A stretch of 64,000 nt of DNA from the NCBI GenBank assembly GCA_002269645.1, contig NIVC01000135.1:62001-126000 (forward strand). Direction: 5' to 3'. The DNA is from Macrostomum lignano. Taxonomy: Eukaryota. This document shows positions 34,555 to 47,221 of this stretch, piece by piece. Below the pieces are notes generated by a model, which made no database searches, had not been told where the DNA came from, and was given only the letters and a program-made list of their open reading frames with translations. Position 1 is the first letter of the stretch, and every line of letters starts with the position of its first letter. A program made the position numbers and the translations under genes.

Positions 34555-37500
34555 CTAAATATACTAAATCTCTAAGGTTTGTATGCTTGTCTAATATACT
34601 AAAAATGGTCTGTTTGTGTGTGTGTGATCGATTTTAGCAAAAATGGCTCAACCGATTTTGTTCGAACTTGCACTGTTCAATCAGAAATTTTTCCGTGACG
34701 GTACATGCATCTTGGCTAAGAAATTGCTCAATATTAAAGGGATTAAATATTCGAAAAACATGCTTTTTTGCAAAGGTCAAGCAGCTCTTTCGACTTGAAA
34801 TGCATTGTAAGAATGCTAGCAGAAAAACTGACTGGTTGAATTCTGATTCTGAAATAGATTGCATCACAATACACTTTATTTATCGTCTGTGTACTGGCTG
34901 AATTTGACACTCAATTGAATTGCGTCACAGCTTTGAGTGTGAAAGCATAGCGCAGTACTGAATTTATATTACGTAACCATATTGTTAACTTTCATAGACA
35001 CTGGTACTGACTTGCCTAAGAAATTGATTATGTCATAACTGCTTCGTGTGACTTTTTACTCTACCTGACTTGGTGTGAGTGTTGAATCACTGATAACTTC
35101 GATGAGAGCTAGCCTAGAGCTGAACAGACCAGACTGCTAATGCAGCGAACTGGGTTCGAATCTAAGTAGCTTAAAAGTAGTAGTGTAAAATTTTTTATTA
35201 AAAGCTTTTATTAAAGAACTAAATAAAAACACTTAGATTACTGCACTCGATAAACCAAGGACTATTGCTCTTGGCAAACCAAGGATTACTGCACTCAATA
35301 AACCAAGGTCTATTGCTCTTGGCAAACCAAGGATTACTGCACTTGATTAACCAAGGATTATTGCTATTAATAAACCAAGGATTACTGCACTCGATAAGCC
35401 AAGGATTATTGCTATTAATAAACCAATGATTACTGCACTCGATAAGCCAAGGATTATTGCTATTAATAAACCAAGGATTACTGCACTCGATAAGCCAAGG
35501 ACTATTGCTATTAATAAACCAAGGATTACTGCACTTGGCAAACCAAGGATTACTGCACTCGATAAGCCAAGGATTATTGCTATTAATAAAACAAGGGTTA
35601 TTGCACTTGATTAATCAAGGATTATTGCTATTAATAAACCAAGGATTACTGCACTCGATAAGCCATGGATAATTGCTATTAATAAACCAAGGATTACTGC
35701 ACTCGATAAGCCAAGGATTATTGCTATTAATAAACCAAGAATTACTGCACTCAATAAACCAAGGACTATTGCTCTTGGCAAACCAAGGATTACTGCACTT
35801 GATTAATCAAGGATTATTGCTATTAATAAACCAATGATTACTGCACTCGATAAGCCATGGATTATTGCTATTAATAAACCAAGGATTACTGCACTTGATA
35901 AGCCATGGATTATTGCTATTAATAAACCAAGGATTACTGCACTCGATAAGCCAAGGATTATTGCTATTAATAAACCAAGGATTACTGCACTTGGCAAACC
36001 AAGGATTACTGCACTCGATAAGCCAAGGATTATTGCTATTAATAAACCAAGGATTACTGCACTCAATAAACCAAGGACTATTGCTCTTGGCAAACCAAGG
36101 ATTACTGCACTCAATAAACCAAGGACTATTGCTCTTGGCAAACCAAGGATTACTGCACTTGATTAATCAAGGATTATTGCTATTAATAAACCAAGGATTA
36201 CTGCACTCGATAAGCCAAGGATTATTGCTATTAATAAACCAATGATTACTGCACTCGATAAGCCAAGGATTATTGCTATTAATAAACCAAGGACTACTGC
36301 ACTCGATAAGCCAAGGATTATTGCTATTAATAAACCAAGGATTACTGCACTTGGCAAACCAAGGATTACTGCACTCGATAAGCCAAGGATTATTGCTATT
36401 AATAAACCAAGGATTAATGCACTTGATTAATCAAGGATTATTACTATTAATAAACCAAGGATTACTGCACTCGATAAGCCATGGATAATTGCTATTAATA
36501 AACCAAGGATTACTGCACTCGATAAGCCAAGGATTATTGCTATTAATAAACCAAGGATTAATGCACTTGATTAATCAAGGATTATTGCTATTAATAAACC
36601 AAGGATTACTGCACTTGGAAAACCAAGGATTACTGCACTCGATAAGCCATGGATTATTGCTATTAATAAACCAAGGATTACTGCACTCGATAAGCCAAGG
36701 ATTATTGCTATTAATAAACCAAGGATTACTGCACTCAATAAACCAAGGACTATTGCTCTTGGCAAACCAAGGATTACTGCAATCAATAAACCAAGGACTA
36801 TTGCTCTTGGCAAACCAAGGATTACTGCACTTGATTAATCAAGGATTATTGCTATTAATAAACCAAGGATTACTGCACTCAATAAAGCAAGGACTATTGC
36901 TCTTGGCAAACCAAGGATTACTGCACTCAATAAACCAAGGACTATTGCTCTTGGCAAACCATGGATTACTGCACTTGATTAATCAATGATTATTGCTATT
37001 AATAAACCAAGGATTACTGCACTCGATAAGCCATGGATTATTGCTATTAATAAACCAAGGATTACTGCACTTGGCAAACCAAGGATTACTGCACTCGATA
37101 AGCAAAGGATTATTGCTTTTAATAAACCAAGGATTAATGCACTTGATTAATCAAGGATTATTGCTATTAATAAACCAAGGATTACTGCACTCGATGAGCC
37201 ATGGATTATTGCCATTAATAAACCAAGGATTACTGCACTCGATAAGCCAAGGATTATTGCTATTAATAAACCAAGGATTACTGCACTTGGCAAACCAAGG
37301 ATTACTGCACTCGATAAGCCAAGGATTATTGCTATTAATAAACCAAGGATTACTGCACTCGATAGCCAAGGATTACTGCTATTAATAAACCAAGGATTAC
37401 TGCACTCGATAGCCAAGGATTACTGCTCTTGATAAGCTTGGCTACATGTATAGGATTATTTCTATCCAGGGATGCTTGCTATTTAGGGATTCTTGCTATG

Positions 37501-38172
37501 TGCAGGATGCTTGCTATCTGGAAGGATGCTTCTACATTATTTGGGGTATGCTTGCTATCTGCAAGATGCTTGCTATCTGCAGATGCTTGCTATCTGGGTG
37601 GATGCTTGCTAGGAGTATTAGGGGATGCTTGCTATCTGGGTGGATGCTTGCTAGGAGTATTAGGGGATGCTTGCTACTGGGGGGATGCTTGCTGTCTTGG
37701 GAATATTTCCTATTTAGGGGTAATGACTGTGATCTTTGTGAAAGCTATATTTTCTTGTCTGTTTATTAATTTTACAAATCTTGTTGGCGAAGCCTTCTGC
37801 AAAAACATCTTAGTTCTTATCCTTTTGACTATAGCTTTGAACTGTTCTGTCTTTATTCGATAATTCGTTGGAAATTAATAAAGACGATATTGTTCAGTTT
37901 AATAGACTTTTTTTCAGCTGTAGTTGCTTTTCCAGTCGTTGCAGAGCGTACTGCTTGCACCGCAACAGAAGTAGTACGCTATTGCTCTGAAAGAAGGCAA
38001 GTAGGTTGAATTGTCAGTTTTAAAATTCTAAACAAGCATGTTTTATTGGTACATAAGCCCCAGAATTAAAATGAGAATTCGATTCCTAGCCCCCTCCCTA
38101 AGAATTCTTTTCATTTTAAAGGATTCGTCCCTTGCTTATTGGCCACCCCGAAGGGGGGCACTAGATTGCTAG
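34555..38172 (+). mobile_element. Non-autonomous Helitron-like unit 3 (lacks satellite B and the TTAGGG block)
   Basis: Head TCTAATATACTAAAAATG at 34590, preceded by a short second head. Ends with hairpin + CTAG|T at 38172. Positions 37730-37985 replace the internal block seen in units 1 and 2. Confidence 0.75.
35236..37435 (+). repeat. Satellite A array in unit 3 (expanded to about 2.2 kb)
   Basis: Same unit, with additional GCACTTGATTAATCAAGG variants. Confidence 0.95.
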
Positions 38173-38714
38173 TCCCTCATCTAAAGAACCCCTGTGAAAA
38201 TAACCCTCATCTAAAGAATCCTTCATCTAAATAATCCCCCATTCAAAAAAACCCTCCATCGAAACAATGCCCTATCGAAGGAATTCCCCAATGAATCACC
38301 AATCCAAAGATATCCATTAGAAGCATCCCTCACACAAAAAATCATCAATCCATAGAAATCCCCCCAAGACTCGACACCTCAGAAATTTACCCCAAGCATT
38401 GACATCTCAGCAATTTCTCCCCGTCCAAAGCCTTGACATCTTACCAATTTCTCCCCGTCCAAAGCCTTGACATCTCAGTAATTCCACTCCCCAAGCCTTG
38501 AAATCTCAGTAATTCCCCCAGTAAGCCTTCATATCTCAGTAATTCCCCCAGTAAGCCTTCATATCTCAGTAATTCCTCCAGAAAGTCTTGACATCTTAGC
38601 AATTTCTCCCCGTCCAAAGCCTTGGCATCTCAGCGATTCCCCTCCCCAAGACTTGACACTTCAGCAATTCCTTCTTTATTATTAAGCAAAAACTAATATA
38701 CAATTGCTCTTCTG

Positions 38715-38855
38715 TGTTTGCTCACCAGTGTCATCATTTGCTCACCAGTGCCCTCATTTGCTCATCAGTGCCCTCATTTGCTCATCAGTGCCTTCATTTG
38801 CTCACCAGTGCCCTCATTTTCTCACCAGTGCCCTCATTTGCTCATCAGTGCCGTC
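38715..38855 (+). repeat. 20-bp minisatellite CTCACCAGTGCCCTCATTTG
   Basis: About 7 copies. Confidence 0.85.
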
Positions 38856-38898
38856 ATTCGAAATACTCGAATTTTCAATACTCGAATACTCGAAATAC

Positions 38899-39258
38899 CG
38901 AGGCTCCTGAGCGTGATGAGTAACTATTGTACTCCGCCTAAACTATTATAGTACAAGCCAGTACAGGCACTGTGCGAGGCGCATACGCGGGTGCGAGTTC
39001 CGCAGTCTAGGGATCAAGTCAGCTGTACTTCATTAATGCACAGTTGCTCCAATGACCAAATCACATGACCAAACTCATCGAGGCTCCTGAGCATGATGAG
39101 CAACTATTGTACTCCGCCTAAACTATTATAGTACAAGCCAGTACAGGCACTATGCGAGGCGCATACGCGGGTGCGAGTTCCGCAGTCTAGGGATCAAGTC
39201 AGCTGTACTTCATTAATGCACAGTTGCTCCAATGACCAAATCGCATGACCAAACTCAC
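38899..39258 (+). repeat. 180-bp tandem duplication
   Basis: 38899-39078 and 39079-39258 are near-identical. Confidence 0.9.
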
Positions 39259-39763
39259 CGAATAGTTGCAATTGCAATTACTTCCCTTAAATTGCAATAA
39301 TTTAAACTATCTACTAAACTATCTAATTTAAACTAACCCGCTATCGCTCACACACGCTTCGCTTCGCTCATGGCTCTTGCTTCGCTCATAGCTCTCGCTT
39401 CGCTCATAGCTCAAAGGCCTAAAGTTTTAATTGCCAAAGTTCAAAAGTCAAAAGTCAAAGTCAAAGTTTTTTTTATAAACAAAATAGGTTTTGCGTCTGT
39501 GCGTCACAGACTTTTTTAGATAAAACATAAAAAACATGTTTAAAAGCAAAAGGCAAAATTAATCAAAATCAAGAAATGAATGAGGCAGTTGCTACGCGCA
39601 GTTAAGCAGTTAGAAAAAAGAGCACCATATTTTGCGTTCGATAAATAAATATTCTATTGAATTTTGTGAGTGGTTCATTGGTGCATTGAGGTGAGATGAA
39701 TAAAGAATTGCGGCACAGGGAGAGAATTCGGCACGCTTTGAAGAGCTGGTCGCATCTGGATCA

Positions 39764-40391
39764 CCTAGCCACCCAACTGCCCACCTAGCCACCCAACTGC
39801 CCACCTAGCCACCCAACTGCCCACCTAGCCACCCAACTGCCCACCTAGCCACCCAACTGCCCACCTAGCCACCCAACTGCCCACCTAGCCACCCAACTGC
39901 CCACCTAGCCACCCAACTGCCCACCTAGCCACCCAACTGCCCACCTAGCCACCCAACTGCCCACCTAGCCACCCAACTGCCCACCTAGCCACCCAACTGC
40001 CCACCTAGCCACCCAACTGCCCACCTAGCCACCCAACTGCCCACCTAGCCACCCAACTGCCCACCTAGCCACCCAACTGCCCACCTAGCCACCCAACTGC
40101 CCACCTAGCCACCCAACTGCCCACCTAGCCACCCAACTGCCCACCTAGCCACCCAACTGCCCACCTAGCCACCCAACTGCCCACCTAGCCACCCAACTGC
40201 CCACCTAGCCACCCAACTGCCCACCTAGCCACCCAACTGCCCACCTAGCCACCCAACTGCCCACCTAGCCACCCAACTGCCCACCTAGCCACCCAACTGC
40301 CCACCTAGCCACCTAACTGCCCACCTGCCCACCTAGCCACCTAACTGCCCACCTGCCCACCTAGCCACCTAACTGCCCACCTGCCCACCTT
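39764..40391 (+). repeat. 20-bp minisatellite CCACCTAGCCACCCAACTGC
   Basis: About 27 perfect copies, then a few longer variants. The flanking block GTTAAGCAGTTAGAAAAAAGAGCACC... occurs at 39601, 40394 and 40483. Confidence 0.95.
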
Positions 40392-42446
40392 GCGTTAAGC
40401 AGTTAGAAAAAAGAGCACCATATTTTGCGTTCGATAAATAAATATTCTATTGAATTTTGTGAGTGGTGCATTGGTGCATTGAGTTAAGCAGTTAGAAAAA
40501 AGAGCACCATATTTTGCGTTCGATAAATAAATATTCTATTGAATTTTGTGAGTGGTGCATTGGTGCATTGAGGTGAGATGAATAAAGAATTGCGGCACAG
40601 GGAGAGAATTCGGCACGCTTTGAAGAGCTTCGTGTGGCGAGCAATTTAGGTCCTATAGCTAAGAGAGGGACAGCGAGAGACAAGCAGGGAGAATTTTGAA
40701 AGTAGAAATTAGCTAATCCGCAGATCAACTAACTCGCTGCCCGTGCGTCCTGACTCACCACACCGGGACTCTCGAAATCGGGCTTCCGACTAGAAGGGGC
40801 TTTACACTTACCTGCCAACTAGTGTCTTCTTGCTGTCAATCTCGAAGTCATAGCCGATGATAAGGGACACTGCTGGGACTAGATCGCATTGGCCATGCAG
40901 GTACAGAGGGGACTTGTGCAGGGGATTCTTGCAGTGGCGAGTCTATGGGGTAGTTACATGTACTATTACATTGCTAAATACGAAGAATTGTGCTTTTGGC
41001 CTTCAACGCGCCAACTAGCCTCTCATAGCGCTGATGATAGACTAACTCGAACTTCAGAGACCTCGCATGATTTATTACCCGAGCCGCTTGGCGATCCTAG
41101 AGTGCACAAAGTACATCTCTGGCGCCGATTCTGCACTTCTGGCGGTTTTACTCACTGATTTGATTGATTGATCGACTGAGAACCGCCTTGCCATTGGTCC
41201 ACTGTGACCGGCGCCTACTAGCTTAGCTACTCATCTGAGCCATCGGCGAACAAATAAATAAAACCGATAAAAGTAACTGTTAGATTTAACCTTCTCCTTA
41301 GTTCACTTCACACTTCAGATTGAATTGGAGTCTTAGACTACTAGCAGTATTATTGAATGATTTCTGCCTCAATAGCAGCACTACTGAACAAAATGAGCAA
41401 AAGTGTGCGCCTAATTCAGCTACTGCAACAGGGGACAGATAAGGGATCACCCAATCAAGCAAGTCTAGGTAGCCTCTCACCCAACCAATCAGAAACTCAA
41501 CAGCCGGAGACCAGGTAATCCACAGTGACCGAATCGGCTCGATGCTCTGCAGCTGTAGACTCGGGATGATTCAGTCACAATCTTCGCTGTTAGCTAGCAG
41601 GTGATGCTCTTAACTTGATGTTCGCTGCTGATGACCGGGGGACTCGTCCTTGATGATGATGGGGGGAAGTCGCAATCCGGGGATCAAGAAACGACGGTCA
41701 GTTCCGGGCCGGTGGAGTAGGAACCAGGCCAGAGTCGGAACAGGTTGAGGTCCGAGCGGGCCAAAAACACCGGTTTAAATAGCCGCCAACTGGACCGCAG
41801 TTTGTTATAATGGAACACGTCGATTCTAGCGTGGACCGATTCTAGACGGTCCACGCGCGCTCTCTGCGTATGAATCACCAAGATTACATGTACAACTCTA
41901 AACCCTACTACATGTATAGTTGTACAATCTCATCTACTACTGCCAAATGAGTCAACTAATTGTGTAGCTCACAACGTAAATGTATATTTCCAATGTACAT
42001 TCTCAGACAGATTTGAATAATACTGGTCGGAGTTTACATGTACATCAATAGCCTCTATACTCATATCCGCTACATACCCCAAAAATTAGGTATGTACATT
42101 TTCACCCTCGGAGACTGTAGGTTTGAATATGCTGATAATTTATTCAAAATCACACATACTTTCATATAGAGGCGGGCCTGTACAAACTCTCGCCAAGCGA
42201 TGGGGTGGAGGTTGCGTCATCTAAGTCTCTCCGAAGTCTGCCTCCAAATACAAGACTGTGTTGAAGCAGTGCTTTATATTTCTATTGACAGTTGGGTATG
42301 ATACAAGACGCTTCGTCGCGCTTTAATTACAGTAAACAACCCCCTCGAAGCTCCTATACTGAATGCTGAATCACCCTTTAACTCGGACCATAGTCAAATT
42401 CAACCGTGTTCGAATACAGCCGCGCACCGCGCAGACCCATATCGTT

Positions 42447-43460
42447 ACTGAATTGGCAAAACAGCCAACACTCAATGGTCATATTAGACTCGTCTTCACA
42501 GCACAGACCCATAGCTATCGAACAGAACCACTCGTCCCTGTCTCTCTGACCTTACCATTTCTAACTGTCAAGGAATTCCGACCCTCCCTCTCCAATTTCA
42601 GTGTACAAACAGATATTTTCACAGCACGGACCCATATATTGAGCCTCCTCCAACCAAAACCCTATCTTGATTACGTCATCCACCTCCCACATAGGAGCAG
42701 TTAGCAAGAAACAAAATTTTTCGATGCACATATGAACACTGTGAACCATGCAAAATCGTACATCTACGGGTCGATTTTGATTGACAATTTAATACCTTTT
42801 GTTGATGCTGCTGTATACAGTAGTCTTATTTCCGAAGCTCCTAGCAGTCATCTTTTAGATGTGGTGAATCAGTGTTGTTGTTGCCAACTTTACATCTTGA
42901 TTCATCCTCCAAATTCTTCAACTCTGACCATATTCAATAATTTAACCCATGCAAGTAGATTTGCCAATTAGCCAAATTAGTCAATACGAATGGGCCAGAG
43001 AACCCACCCAACAGAATCGAGTCAATCTTTTACCAAATCGAGCCCTTGTCTCCCCCAGGCCTCTCTCTCCTACACATACCCAGAAAAGTGACTCATGAGG
43101 CAATCAGTTTGACAGGTTCAGTATACTGAATTGGCAAAACAGCCAACACCCAATGGTCAATGGACTCGTCTTCGCAGCACAGACCCATTTTGAATAAAGC
43201 CAAAACACACATACACCCCTAATTTCCGACCAAACCTTTCCATTTCTAGCTGTCAACGAAATTCGACCGGCCTCTCTCTCAATCCTAATGTACATTTTGA
43301 CGAAGCAAGCAGATTTTTTCACCGCACGGACCCAGCCTCCCCCAACCAAACCCTATCTCTGATTACGTCATCTATACATCCCCATAGAAGCAGTTAGCAA
43401 GAAAAAAAATTCGATGCACATATATGAACAATGCGAACCAAGCGAATCCGCGCGTCTACC
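42447..43460 (+). repeat. Diverged direct repeat pair of about 330 bp (42447-42770 and 43125-43460)
   Basis: Both copies start ACTGAATTGGCAAAACAGCCAACAC and remain colinear. Confidence 0.75.
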
Positions 43461-44289
43461 AAAGCCAACCGTACCCTGCGTGCCGCAATACCCTGCATTT
43501 GTCAATGTACACAGCATATGAATCAGTGTCTCCTTCTCTGGAACACACAAAGGCATTAGTCAGAAAGTTTGGATGCAATTAAAAACTCTCTCGATGCTTT
43601 GCGTATAAACGAGTAATCGATTGAATCAATTGTACACTTGACACATTTAATTACGTGCTGCTATGCAACAGAAAGGCCAGATAATGGGGTGGCCGGTCAC
43701 GCAGCCTTGTTTCCGGGGTGCAACGCGCATGTGTGCATAGTTCCTCATCAGATTTACCACATGTTCATTTACATGTACATATACTCGTACAAGCGGCAGC
43801 CGATTTAAACCTGAGAAATGGTCGATGCACTCCCCTGACTATGACTAAATGCACGTACGTTTAGTCAAATACAGGAAAATTTGACACCCGTAGTATGAAG
43901 ATGTAATCTTCACGAAAGCTTCTCTGTGGAAATGACGATAGTTTCTCAATAAAAATCTGCCATAGGCCCAATATAGCAGTTTAAATATTTTCACGAAAAT
44001 GTCGCATTCTTCCAAGAACTGATTTTTGCAAACTATACTGTCAGTAGGAAGATGAGTTTTCATAGAGACATTTTGTAAAACATAGACTAAACGTTCAAAT
44101 CATTCGTTTACACGACCAACTGTCTATATTAATGCCTAGCAACCGTATCATTTTTTCAGGTCAAGGAGCCTTAATACATGAACTAGCACTCCTATTTTAC
44201 ATTCATTAAGAGGAAGCGGCGCGGCGGAGGCAGCAGTAGAGACAGGGAATGTTGTAAACATTTTCTGTTAAAAATAACAAATAAAATAA

Positions 44290-45238
44290 TAATTAATTTC
44301 TCTTTGACAAAACTACTATAAACTGGCAGATAGGGTCGTTTTGCGAAGGTCCGTCGGGCTGATGTCGGCCTCTAGCACCGACGCGGCAAGGTGCTCCCTC
44401 GGGGTGTACCACCTCCCCCGGGGTGTACCTCCAGCGGGGTGGGCGTCCAGTGAGTGTACCTCCAGCGGGGTCCAGGTGTACCTCCAGCGGGGTGGGCCTC
44501 CAGCAAGTGTACATCCGGCAGGGTGGGCGTCCAGCGAGTGTACCTCCAGCAGGGTGGGCCTCCAGCGAGTGTACCTCCAGCGGGGTGGGCCTCCAGCGAG
44601 TGTACATCCAGCAGGGTGGGCCTCCAGCGAGTGTACATCCAGCAGGGTGGGCCTCCAGCGAGTGTACATCCGGCGAGGGATTCCCGCCCCTCCCACCAAT
44701 GTCGTGTGCACGCGGTTAGTGTTGGGGGAACCCAGATGCTGACGCAGCCCTGTAAAGTGAGCCTAGGTGAGTGTGGTCATGCGATTTGGTCATTCGAGCA
44801 ACTGTGCATTTGTGAAGTACAGGCGACTTGTCATTTTTTGGCTGCCTGCGTGAGCTCAATTTTTTTAGCTCTAAGATTTTTCATCTGGCGCCATGTCTGA
44901 TCTCGACCGGTTAACAGTAGCCCAACTGCGAGCGGCCCTAAGAGACAATGGCCTACCGGTTTCGGGAAACAAGCAAGAGCTTATTGAGCGGCTTCAAGCT
45001 GCTCCACCACAGCCAGGCGACGCCGAAGTCCCAGATGATGCAGAAGGGGACGAAGCAGATGCTGCGATGAATCAGCTGCTGAGCGGGGAAGAATCGGATA
45101 ATGTTGACACCGCCAACATCGCCCAAGTGAGCCGACTTGACAGCGAAATTATCAAGATTTAAATCTGTTGCTCCCGTCAGATGAGGAATCTGTTACATCA
45201 GAAGACCTGAAAAATCTTAGCCTCGTCTGAGGAATGTA
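44290..45238 (+). repeat. Left arm of an inverted duplication (Ngaro-type 5' region with a 31-bp minisatellite and the SAP ORF start)
   Basis: Reverse complement of 47994-48170 plus 52891-53600. Confidence 0.9.
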
Positions 45239-45745
45239 CGATCCGCGACCGAGCTGCTAGAACTGAAGAAGCGAGAGGCGCAACTCCGGCAGGAAATCGG
45301 TCTGCATGCCGCCGCCACAGCTGGAGAGGTCGACCTGATTTCGGCACTTTTTGGCTCGCTTTCGGCGGAGGCGCGGCCGGCACGACGCCCTCTGCTCATC
45401 CCAAACTTCGTGGATGGCAGACGGGAGCAGATGGCTTGGCTGCCGCATGATCGCGACCGGGGCGCGGCGAAGAGCAGTGAGCCCAGTCTTGACAGCATCA
45501 GCACTGGGCAATGGATCGCTGCTAACGCCAGAATAATGCAGCAGCTGCTTGAGTCCAACCAGTTCGTCTCAAAAGGAAGCGATGGAAGCATCGATGTGCG
45601 GCGCTTGAAGGCTTATCTCTATTTCAACATACATATCGGCGAGCTCATGGAAGCAGACTACGATTGGAATGTCGTCCTACGATACGATCAGGACATGCGT
45701 CTGTTACAGCACGAGCGGCAAAGAGACTGGGACAGCCCAGACCCA
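44893..45745 (+). pseudogene. Third Ngaro-type ORF1 (SAP, coiled coil, Gag core), interrupted and 3'-truncated
   Basis: SAP motif LDRLTVAQLRAALRDNGLPVSGNKQELIERL; coiled coil ELLELKKREAQLRQEIG. PSLDSISTGQWIAANARIMQQL..IGELME..VLRYDQDMRL aligns to the ORF1 core PNPDSITAAQYLVGNCRLM..IGELFD..RFDEDYR. Stop at 45160. Confidence 0.8.
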
Positions 45746-47160
45746 CGACCCACGCGTCGCCGCAGCAGGAAGCCGTTGTCGTTGGAAGGCAGAGCAGTCC
45801 GTAGCACCCAGTCAAGCACCAGAATAAATAGGAACGGCGCTAGTGTATCTCCCTGGAGCACCCCGGAGGATGTCTCGAAGAAATCTGATAGGCCGTCCGG
45901 TGTTGAGACAGCCGCCGTCGTGCCGTGGTACAGCGCCATGACAGCAGAAATCAGCAGCTCTGGCACGTTGTACGCACGGAGCACCTCTGGGAGCGCGTCC
46001 CTCACGACCGAGTCGAAGGCCTTCCTGAAATCGACGAAGATCAGGATCAGGGTCAACGGGCGGATGCGCGCCTCCTCGATGACTCGCCGAAGAGCCAGGA
46101 TCTGCGTCACTGTGCCGCGATGGGGCCGGAAACCGTTCTGCTCAGGCCGCAGGTACGGTCCAGCACAGGCTGTAACCGCGATAGCAGCATGCGGTTGAAC
46201 AGCTTCGCGGCGCAGGACTGTAGGCAGATGCCTCGATGCTCCTCGAGCTTGGTGGTGCCCGGCTTCTTTGGAATGGCGACGAAGTGCGCCGTGGTCCATT
46301 CGTTTGGCGCCACCTCACCGGAAAGCACGCGGTTCATCACTCTGGCAACCTCAGTGGCCACGCAGTGGATCCGCAGCGCCTCGGTGGGCACCTCGTCCGG
46401 ACCAAGCGCTTTGCCGCCCGGCGACTGCGAACTTCACAACGTCGGCTGTGCTGACTGGGGCAACGTTGAAGCTCTCCTCCGCCGGCAACGGCGTCTCCGG
46501 CGGCAGCCTCAGATTTTCTGGAAGCGGAGGGGGCGGCGCGTTGACAATGGCGGCGAAGAACTCGCGCAGCTTGTTCCTGCGCTCATCCGGAGTGTCGCCT
46601 GCCAGGTTGAGCGCGATGCGCCGCTTTCGCCCCGTTAGAGTGTTGATGACGGACCAGGCCACGCGCCCTCTGGCATCGGGCCCTGCGGCAGAGACGGCTT
46701 GGATGGCGTCATCGACAGCGGACTGCTGCCGCTGCAGGTAGACAGCCGCCAGAGCCTCCTCCGCCTCGCGAGTTTGCCGCCCACTCAGACGGAGCCTCTC
46801 CAGATCTTCCCTCGCTTCGTCGATCGCGGGGTCCTCCTGCCAGACCGGCTGCCCGCGCTGGGCCGGTCGCATCAGCGGGACTGCTTGCTCCGCAGCGGCC
46901 CGAACTGCAGCGCTCACCTCCGCGTACTCGGCTCCTCCACGCTTGTCGCCCAGCGCAGTGACAAAGGCACCGGCAAAGCGACGTCGCGTCTCGGCGTCCC
47001 TGAGCGCGCGGTAGTAGCGCCGCGGTGGCCGCTTTGGCGGACGGTAGAGCGGGTCCCGAAGCCGAAGGTCGCAGATGAGCAGCCGAGGGTCGGACCGCAG
47101 AGCCAGCGGCGTAATGGTGCGGCAGTTGATGACGCGGCGGCGCCACTATCCTCAGCAGCC
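45745..47160 (-). mobile_element. Fragment of an RTE-like non-LTR retrotransposon (end of APE to mid-RT), frameshifted
   Basis: Motifs IPKKPG..HRGICL, GFRPHRGTVTQILALRRVIEE, FVDFRKAFDSV and GVLQGDTLAPFLFILVLD. It ends before the YADD motif. Confidence 0.85.
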
Positions 47161-47221
47161 TAGAACTTAATTAAGTCTGAAAGAACTACCTAAGCAGTTT
47201 TCAGTTTGTCCCTTTGCAGTC

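Larger units (their letters stand above)
25112..38690 (-). mobile_element. Minus-strand Helitron-like unit split by the 25706-38172 array (its own sequence is 25112-25705 plus 38173 to about 38690)
   Basis: 3' hairpin GCCCCAACGGGGG followed by CTAG at 25115-25112 on the minus strand. AAGAATCCCCATCC repeats flank both sides of the insert. 38400-38680 is the reverse complement of the CTGAGATGTCAAGG repeats found in the plus-strand units. The right boundary is approximate. Confidence 0.6.

Noticed and set aside
26372-37416. Many ORFs with LLINQG / VILGL / SNPWF repeats
   Set aside because: They arise because the 24-bp satellite monomer is a multiple of 3. They are not credible membrane or LRR proteins.
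40630-41880. Possible LTR or 5' region of another retroelement (splice-donor and TATA-like motifs on the minus strand)
   Set aside because: No second copy, PBS, TSD or coding motif could be identified.
45127-45220. Intron (CAA|GTGAGC..TTAG) restoring the third ORF1 frame
   Set aside because: The phase fits, but it would remove LDSEI, which aligns to the conserved LDEDI/LDEQL of the homologues. An insertion explains the pattern better.
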